Of a stretch of 64,000 nt of DNA, positions 58,377 through 64,000 are shown one piece after another. The DNA lies in the NCBI GenBank assembly GCA_041660865.1, contig JBAZVO010000002.1, forward strand, positions 153,395 through 217,394. The letters are read 5' to 3'. The DNA is from Candidatus Woesearchaeota archaeon (lineage in GTDB: Archaea; Nanobdellota; Nanobdellia; Woesearchaeales; 21-14-0-10-32-9). The first letter of the stretch is position 1; the number at the start of each line of letters is the position of its first letter. The position numbers and the translations under genes are program-made. The notes beneath the pieces were generated by a model that worked only from the letters and a program-made list of their open reading frames with translations, had not been told where the DNA came from and searched no databases.

Positions 58377-59783
58377 ATGCATTCAAGATTTAGCCAAGAA
58401 AGAGAAAAAGCCGAAAGACATGGTCAAGATCACATCTTCAAATTTTGGCATGAATTAAATGATGAACAAAAAGAACAAATTCTAAAACATTCAGAAAAAA
58501 TAGATTATGGATTCATAAATAAATTATATGCGGATTGTATTAAAGAGAAAAAAATAGAAAAATTTTCAAAACTTGAAAGCCCAGATGTCATATACAAATA
58601 CCCTCATACCAAAGAAAATGAAACTGCTAAAAAAATAGGAGAAGATGCCATAAAAAGAAATGAACTCGCAATATTTCTTGTTGCCGGAGGACAAGGATCA
58701 AGACTTGGATACGATGGACCTAAAGGTTGTTATCCTGGAACTGAATTAACAAAAAAACCATTATTTAGAATATTTTCTGAAAGAATTAAAGCTGCAGAAA
58801 ATAAATATGAAGTCGTATTTGATTGGTTTATAATGACTAGTGAAGAAAACAACAAAACCACAGAAAAGTTTTTTGAAGAAAATAATTATTTTAAATTAAA
58901 TAAAGATCAAATTCATTTTTTTATTCAAGGATCTTTGCCTTCAGTTAGCAAAGAAGGTAAAATATTAATGAAAAGTAAACATGAAATATTTTTTAATCCT
59001 GATGGAACAGGTGGAATATATTATGCACTTCATAAATCTGGGATGTTAGAAATTATGAAAAATAAAGGCATTAAATATTTGTCATATGTCCAAATAGATA
59101 ATCCTTTATCTCAAGTTGTCGATCCAACTTATTTAGGCATACATATTCTAACTCAATCTGAATTAACTCCAAAAGTTATTCCAAAAAGACACGCTCATGA
59201 ATCTGTTGGGCTTGTTGTAAAAGTTGATGGCAAACAACAAATAATAGAATATTATCTTTTATCAAAAGAGGATGCGGAAAAACGAGATGAAAAAGGCGAA
59301 CTCGCATTTAGATGTGGAAACACAGCTAAATTCATGATGAGTGTTGATTTCATAAATAAAGTTAGAGAAAATAAACTAATACATTTCAAAGGCGCTCTTA
59401 AAAAAATCACACACATAGATGAAGATGGAAATCTTCTTCTACCAGATAAACCAAATGGATATAAATTTGAAAGTTTTTCATTTGACCCTATGCCCTATGT
59501 TAAAAGTGTTGCTTTTGAAGTTAAACGAGAAGAAGAATTTGCGCCAATAAAAAACGCTGAAGGTGAAGATAGTCCTGAAGTTTCGTATGAAATGCAAAAT
59601 TATCTCTATAAAGATTGGCTTCGCCATGCTAAAATTCCACAAGAAATAAATGATAGCGTTAAAATTGTTGAAGTTTCTCCTCTTTTCGCAAATGATAAAG
59701 AAGAATTTGCTCTAAGAATAGAAAAAAATAGAAAAAAATATGAAGAAGAACTTGAAAAATCGGAGAATTATTATTTCGAATAA
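58377..59783 (+). CDS. UDP-N-acetylhexosamine (UDP-sugar) pyrophosphorylase, UAP1-like
   Basis: LVAGGQGSRLGYDGPKGCYP, PDGTGG, VQIDNPL and FESFSFD are motifs of the eukaryote-type UDPGP family. Confidence 0.8.
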   Translation: MHSRFSQEREKAERHGQDHIFKFWHELNDEQKEQILKHSEKIDYGFINKLYADCIKEKKIEKFSKLESPDVIYKYPHTKENETAKKIGEDAIKRNELAIFLVAGGQGSRLGYDGPKGCYPGTELTKKPLFRIFSERIKAAENKYEVVFDWFIMTSEENNKTTEKFFEENNYFKLNKDQIHFFIQGSLPSVSKEGKILMKSKHEIFFNPDGTGGIYYALHKSGMLEIMKNKGIKYLSYVQIDNPLSQVVDPTYLGIHILTQSELTPKVIPKRHAHESVGLVVKVDGKQQIIEYYLLSKEDAEKRDEKGELAFRCGNTAKFMMSVDFINKVRENKLIHFKGALKKITHIDEDGNLLLPDKPNGYKFESFSFDPMPYVKSVAFEVKREEEFAPIKNAEGEDSPEVSYEMQNYLYKDWLRHAKIPQEINDSVKIVEVSPLFANDKEEFALRIEKNRKKYEEELEKSENYYFE

Positions 59784-59797
59784 TCTAAACAACTAAT

Positions 59798-60781
59798 CTA
59801 AAACTCATCTGGTAAAAAATTAAGTTTTAGTTCTTCTGAAATTATAACTGATTCTGTTTTCTTTATTATATCTGGAAATTTATTTCTTATTTCATGAGTT
59901 ATAGCATAAAATTGATCAACATTTTCTGTTTCTATTTCTAACTCTAATTCCCATGGCCCGAAAGATTCTATAACATGAAGCACGTTTGGATGTTCTAAAC
60001 AATATTGTATAAATATATTCAAATAATTCTCATAATTTTTTAAATAAATACACAACTTAAAGAATGTATACCCTATTTTCTTTGTATCAAGAAATGTAAC
60101 ATATCCTCTAATTACGCCTTCTTTTTCTAATCTTTCTATTCTTTTCTGAACTGTCTTAATATTTAAATTCAATTTAATTGCAAGAGTTGTATAACTAAAA
60201 CGCGCATCATTCGCAATTAATTTTAACAACAATTTATCATGTTTATCTAAAATAACTTTTTCTTTGCTTACAAAATGTTTTACATTCATTGATGTCATAG
60301 TTTTTTTTGAAAGCAGATATGTTCTTTGTGATGTATGACCTTCAGCAATAAATATAATATCATAATTCGCTATGTATTTTTCAAATCGTTTAAAAAAATC
60401 TTTTTTTATCTCAATAAAATTTTCCATTGTAGATATAGTGCCAATCATTAAATCCCATCTACCTTCACATTTTGCAATCCAAGTTATTCTTTTATCGTTG
60501 TGTAAATATGAATATATTTTTCGTTCATCTTCCTCTGAATAACCTGATAATTGTAAATATATTTTTCCAGCAAGAAAACCGAGTTTCCCTATAGATGGTT
60601 GCATTACAAATTTCTTTATTATCCCCTTCTCGAGAAGTCTTTGAACTCGATATTGTACATTATTTTTTCCTATCTTAAGTTTTTTTGCCACTTTAGAAAA
60701 ACTTATTCTGGCATTAGTATCAAGTTCCAAGAGGATTTTTCTATCTACTAAATCTAGTTTTTCTACGTTCTCAATTATCAT
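59798..60781 (-). CDS. Tandem (duplicated) Lrp/AsnC-family transcriptional regulator
   Basis: Two HTH_AsnC modules (DLVDRKILLELDTNARISFSKVAKKLKIGKNNVQYRVQRLLEKGIIK and DKHDKLLLKLIANDARFSYTTLAIKLNLNIKTVQKRIERLEKEGVIR), each followed by an effector-like domain. The ATG is at 60781. Confidence 0.8.
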   Translation of the reverse strand: MIIENVEKLDLVDRKILLELDTNARISFSKVAKKLKIGKNNVQYRVQRLLEKGIIKKFVMQPSIGKLGFLAGKIYLQLSGYSEEDERKIYSYLHNDKRITWIAKCEGRWDLMIGTISTMENFIEIKKDFFKRFEKYIANYDIIFIAEGHTSQRTYLLSKKTMTSMNVKHFVSKEKVILDKHDKLLLKLIANDARFSYTTLAIKLNLNIKTVQKRIERLEKEGVIRGYVTFLDTKKIGYTFFKLCIYLKNYENYLNIFIQYCLEHPNVLHVIESFGPWELELEIETENVDQFYAITHEIRNKFPDIIKKTESVIISEELKLNFLPDEF

Positions 60782-60889
60782 TTTGTTCAAATATCCTTTT
60801 TTATATATAAATATTACTAAAATGACCAAAAAAACAATGAATAGTTTTATTATTTTGTTATCATTAACTGGTTGTAATGAGGTGAAAAT

Positions 60890-61540
60890 ATGGTTGATAA
60901 ATTATCAAATATATCTAGAATTAGAGAAGAAGATAATTTAAAAAAAATTTTGAGCGCACACGAAATTGAAAATTTTGATTACCAAAGATATGCAAATGAC
61001 TTATATGTTGTGTTTGAAGACAAACATTTATTGAAATTCCATTCCGGGTTAGATTCTCTTCGCTGCACATACATTCTTCCGGAAGAATACAACCTAGGAC
61101 TATTACCTATAAACTTAAATGCATCTAAAGAAACATATCAAAACTTAAAGAACAACATCACTCAATACATGTACCTAGGAGCTTTTGAAAATATTCACAA
61201 CAAAGAACATGTTGCAGCAGGCATTAAATTTAGCGCTAAATGGGATTTGTCACAAACAAAAATGATTCTTGATGAATGTGACATAACTATAAACAATGAA
61301 TTACTGAGATCTACTAAATCAAATAAAACATTTTTAGCTAGTTTTACTAGAAAATTTCCAAATCTTAGTTTTATGTTTAACCAAGCGCAATATCAATACA
61401 ACAAATACATAACTGAAAGAACTGAAGAATTTGCTCTATCTGCGTATCCATTAATAGAATCCAGATTTATATATGAAAGAATACGCGGATTTTATCAAAG
61501 ATCTATAAATGAAATCGAAAATAAATTAAAAAAAAGGTGA
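60890..61540 (+). CDS. Hypothetical protein (216 aa), first gene of a four-gene operon
   Basis: The ATG is preceded by GAGGTGA. The protein looks soluble, with no recognisable motifs. Confidence 0.5.
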   Translation: MVDKLSNISRIREEDNLKKILSAHEIENFDYQRYANDLYVVFEDKHLLKFHSGLDSLRCTYILPEEYNLGLLPINLNASKETYQNLKNNITQYMYLGAFENIHNKEHVAAGIKFSAKWDLSQTKMILDECDITINNELLRSTKSNKTFLASFTRKFPNLSFMFNQAQYQYNKYITERTEEFALSAYPLIESRFIYERIRGFYQRSINEIENKLKKR

Positions 61541-61545
61541 AAAAA

Positions 61546-62061
61546 ATGAATAAAATCATTAAAAGAACATTGCAAACTCTTACTGCAGTAGCGATTGTTA
61601 GTGGCACGTATTTTGGCAGAGGACACGATGATTTTCCTCCATTATATTCTCATAAAACTGGTGATTCATATGGAGCAAATGTCGCAATTTATACAAAAAT
61701 AGAGTCGGGAGCATCAATTAATGGACTTAACCTCTCAATTATTACAAATAATTACGGACAAATAAACGGATTAAATGCCGGAATTAGAAAAAATAATTTT
61801 TCAGAAATCAATGGCGTTAGCATTCAACTCGCAAATTATAGTAAAGATAATAGTTCAGTGAATGGTTTAGAAATAGGAGTTGTTAATGCAGGAAATGCTA
61901 ACATAAAAAATTTTAATAGACTCAAAGAATGCGCCGATCTTAACGGAGTTGCAGTCGGAGTAATTAATTCTCATCAATCGCTAGATGGTTTACAAATTGG
62001 GATTTGGAACGAAACCAGAAACAATGCAGGCCTAATTATGAATGTTGATTATCAAAAATAA
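61546..62061 (+). CDS. Secreted repeat protein (NGL/GxxxG(I/V)xN beta-repeat)
   Basis: The ATG at 61546 lies 6 nt after AGGTGA. A signal-like N-terminus is followed by repeats: INGLNLSII, INGLNAGI, INGVSIQL, VNGLEIGVVN, LNGVAVGVIN, LDGLQIGIWN. Confidence 0.55.
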   Translation: MNKIIKRTLQTLTAVAIVSGTYFGRGHDDFPPLYSHKTGDSYGANVAIYTKIESGASINGLNLSIITNNYGQINGLNAGIRKNNFSEINGVSIQLANYSKDNSSVNGLEIGVVNAGNANIKNFNRLKECADLNGVAVGVINSHQSLDGLQIGIWNETRNNAGLIMNVDYQK

Positions 62062-62074
62062 ATAGGTGAAAAAA

Positions 62075-62344
62075 ATGAACAATGAAAATAAAAAAGAAAA
62101 TACAAACATTTTAGAAAACTTAATCGGAAATTATCCTGTTACAACAGGCTGCATAATTGGAATGCTATTTACGAATTTCGTATATTTTGTATCTCCACCA
62201 ATAGATCCTCCATTAAACATCGAAATTAAATATGTAAATTCTGACACGATAAAAGATGCAATTATAACAACAAAAAATGAAAGAACATACATCTTATTTG
62301 GACAAAACGACGTATCTTATAAGACATCAAATCAAAAAAGGTGA
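62075..62344 (+). CDS. Small membrane protein (89 aa)
   Basis: The ATG at 62075 follows AGGTGAAAAAA. An MNNENKKEN N-terminus is followed by one TM segment. Confidence 0.5.
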   Translation: MNNENKKENTNILENLIGNYPVTTGCIIGMLFTNFVYFVSPPIDPPLNIEIKYVNSDTIKDAIITTKNERTYILFGQNDVSYKTSNQKR

Positions 62345-62349
62345 AAGAA

Positions 62350-62694
62350 ATGAACAATGACATAAATCCTGATGAAAATAATACTAAAGATAATCATACT
62401 ATAAAAACCAGAATGTCAACATTCAAAGAACGAATGTACATGATCTTAACAGGTGCAATAATAACTGCATGTAGCATGTATGGTTCAAAAAAAATCAATG
62501 AAAGTTATATTAAAAATAATTTTAATAAACAAGCAGTTATTCAAGAAAAAATACGTTGGGATTACAAAGATATAAACAATGATGATAGTTTAGAAACTAT
62601 ATGTAACTATAAAGGACAAAATTTAATTGTGAAAGAAAGATCTAACGGAGGATTTGAAGCAATACCTTATTCTATAGGTATTGTTCTTAAATAA
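62350..62694 (+). CDS. Small membrane protein (114 aa)
   Basis: The ATG at 62350 follows AGGTGAAAGAA. An MNNDINPDEN N-terminus is followed by one TM segment. Confidence 0.5.
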   Translation: MNNDINPDENNTKDNHTIKTRMSTFKERMYMILTGAIITACSMYGSKKINESYIKNNFNKQAVIQEKIRWDYKDINNDDSLETICNYKGQNLIVKERSNGGFEAIPYSIGIVLK

Positions 62695-62704
62695 ATGAAC
62701 AAAC

Positions 62705-64000
62705 TTACTTCGTCAATTTTTTTAATTCTTCTATTTCTTCTTTTATCATGTCGAAGCCTTTTTGCCAGAATGCTTCCGAACTAGGATTAGCACCCATTGC
62801 AAGCATTATGTCTGTTGTTGATTTACTCGCTCCAGAAGAAAGAAATTCAATATACTTATCAACAAATTTTGCACCTTGTTCTTTATACATTGCATAAAAT
62901 GCGAGCACAAGTAAATTTCCCCACGCGTAAGCATAGGTATAAAATGGAGTATGATGTATGTGCGGAATATAATTCCATTCGTGATCAAAAATTTCGGGAA
63001 TATTCATCTCTCCAAATTGTTCGACTAAAAGCGAATGATAGTAATCGTCCATTTCTTTTTTTGTAGCGCCTTCTTTAATACGTTCATGCGCCCAAATTTC
63101 AAATAACACTAAATATGTTTGTCTTGGTATTGATTGATAATGTGAATCAATAGAACTTATGAGCAGCGCAATTTTTTCTTTTTTATCTTTGGATTCTTTA
63201 ATTAATCTGTGCTCAAGTAATGTCTCAGCAAAAATAGATGCTGTTTCAGCTAATGGAATTTTTGGATGCGCGAGTAAATCAGTTTGCTTTGATGAAAAAA
63301 CATCATGCACTGCATGACCTAATTCGTGCATCATCGTCGATACATCTCTTAATTTTTCAGTATAATTTAAAAGAACATACGGAGTTATAGATTTGTTAAT
63401 TGATGAGCAAAATGCGCCTCCTCTTTTTCCAGGGGATGGATGCGAATGAATATGTTTTTCATCAAACACTTTTTTTGCAGCATCATAAAATCTGACATCG
63501 AATGATTTGAACGTATCAAGAACCATTTTCTTTGACTCTAAATAAGAATATTTTTTTTCTTTTAATTCAAATGGTGCATATATGTGAACTCTTGAAAATT
63601 CATATTTTTGACCACTTAAATTTAATATTTTATGTTTTAATTTAAAATATTCTGCAAACATAGGAGTATTTTTTCTTACAACTTTTAAAAATATTTCAAC
63701 AGATTTATCATCTATTTTATTACTCATATTTCTTGCAGAAATAGATGATTTGTAGCCTCTTATTTTAACAATTTCATTATACCAATCAAGAACTATGCTT
63801 TTATATATTTCTGAAAGAAAAACGCTATCCTCTTTATATTTTGAATAAATTAATTCGTATGCTTTTTTTCTAAGTTTAGGATTTGGCGATGTATAAAATG
63901 ACATAACTTCTTCTTGTGTAGCCTCTTTTTTATCCATAAATTTAAATTTATAAGAACTAACATGCATATCATAAAGTGAAGAAAACGAATCTCCTCCAGT
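62705..64000 (-). CDS. pepF: Oligoendopeptidase F / M3B-family zinc metallopeptidase (N-terminus beyond window end)
   Basis: HELGHAVH zinc motif with a downstream ETASIFAE Glu. The reading frame stays open to position 64000, upstream of the track's Met. Confidence 0.85.
   Translation of the reverse strand, partial: TGGDSFSSLYDMHVSSYKFKFMDKKEATQEEVMSFYTSPNPKLRKKAYELIYSKYKEDSVFLSEIYKSIVLDWYNEIVKIRGYKSSISARNMSNKIDDKSVEIFLKVVRKNTPMFAEYFKLKHKILNLSGQKYEFSRVHIYAPFELKEKKYSYLESKKMVLDTFKSFDVRFYDAAKKVFDEKHIHSHPSPGKRGGAFCSSINKSITPYVLLNYTEKLRDVSTMMHELGHAVHDVFSSKQTDLLAHPKIPLAETASIFAETLLEHRLIKESKDKKEKIALLISSIDSHYQSIPRQTYLVLFEIWAHERIKEGATKKEMDDYYHSLLVEQFGEMNIPEIFDHEWNYIPHIHHTPFYTYAYAWGNLLVLAFYAMYKEQGAKFVDKYIEFLSSGASKSTTDIMLAMGANPSSEAFWQKGFDMIKEEIEELKKLTK

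Overview
This window is visibly AT-rich and gene-dense, and it reads as an archaeal chromosome segment. All calls below were made by eye from motifs in the supplied translations and the DNA; no searches were run.

The information-processing genes are archaeal/eukaryal in type: PAN, RFC small subunit, Topo VI A and B, FEN1, GatD/GatE, a RIO kinase next to a Dim2-like KH protein, CDC48, TruD, Trm5, archaeal-type GlyRS, and two tRNAs with canonical 37/38 introns. A bacterial-type GyrA and small, patchy metabolism (half a transketolase, Rpe, a UAP-like enzyme) sit alongside them. This mix fits a reduced-genome DPANN-like archaeon, but that assignment is inference only.

Five accessory loci stand out between the housekeeping genes:
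1. A five-gene minus-strand operon (5264-12459) encodes three paralogous Cys-rich lipoprotein-like proteins, a large coiled-coil/polytopic membrane protein carrying the same ectodomain, and a pilin-like-anchored protein. This is the best candidate for an undescribed cell-surface system.
2. A catalytically degenerate tyrosine-recombinase-like gene is coupled to two very large, sequon-rich fibre/adhesin-like proteins (26588-31949).
3. A tRNA-Phe-proximal islet (32100-34800) holds a NUDIX gene flanked by perfect 22-bp direct repeats, two tandem paralogs of unknown family, and one of two copies of a ~125-nt hairpin (MITE-like) element.
4. A Trm5-type tRNA methyltransferase has a complete TIM-barrel domain inserted inside its catalytic fold (55317-57062).
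5. A double Lrp/AsnC regulator faces a four-gene operon of small unknown proteins (59798-62694).

No rRNA, CRISPR array or recognisable transposase was seen.
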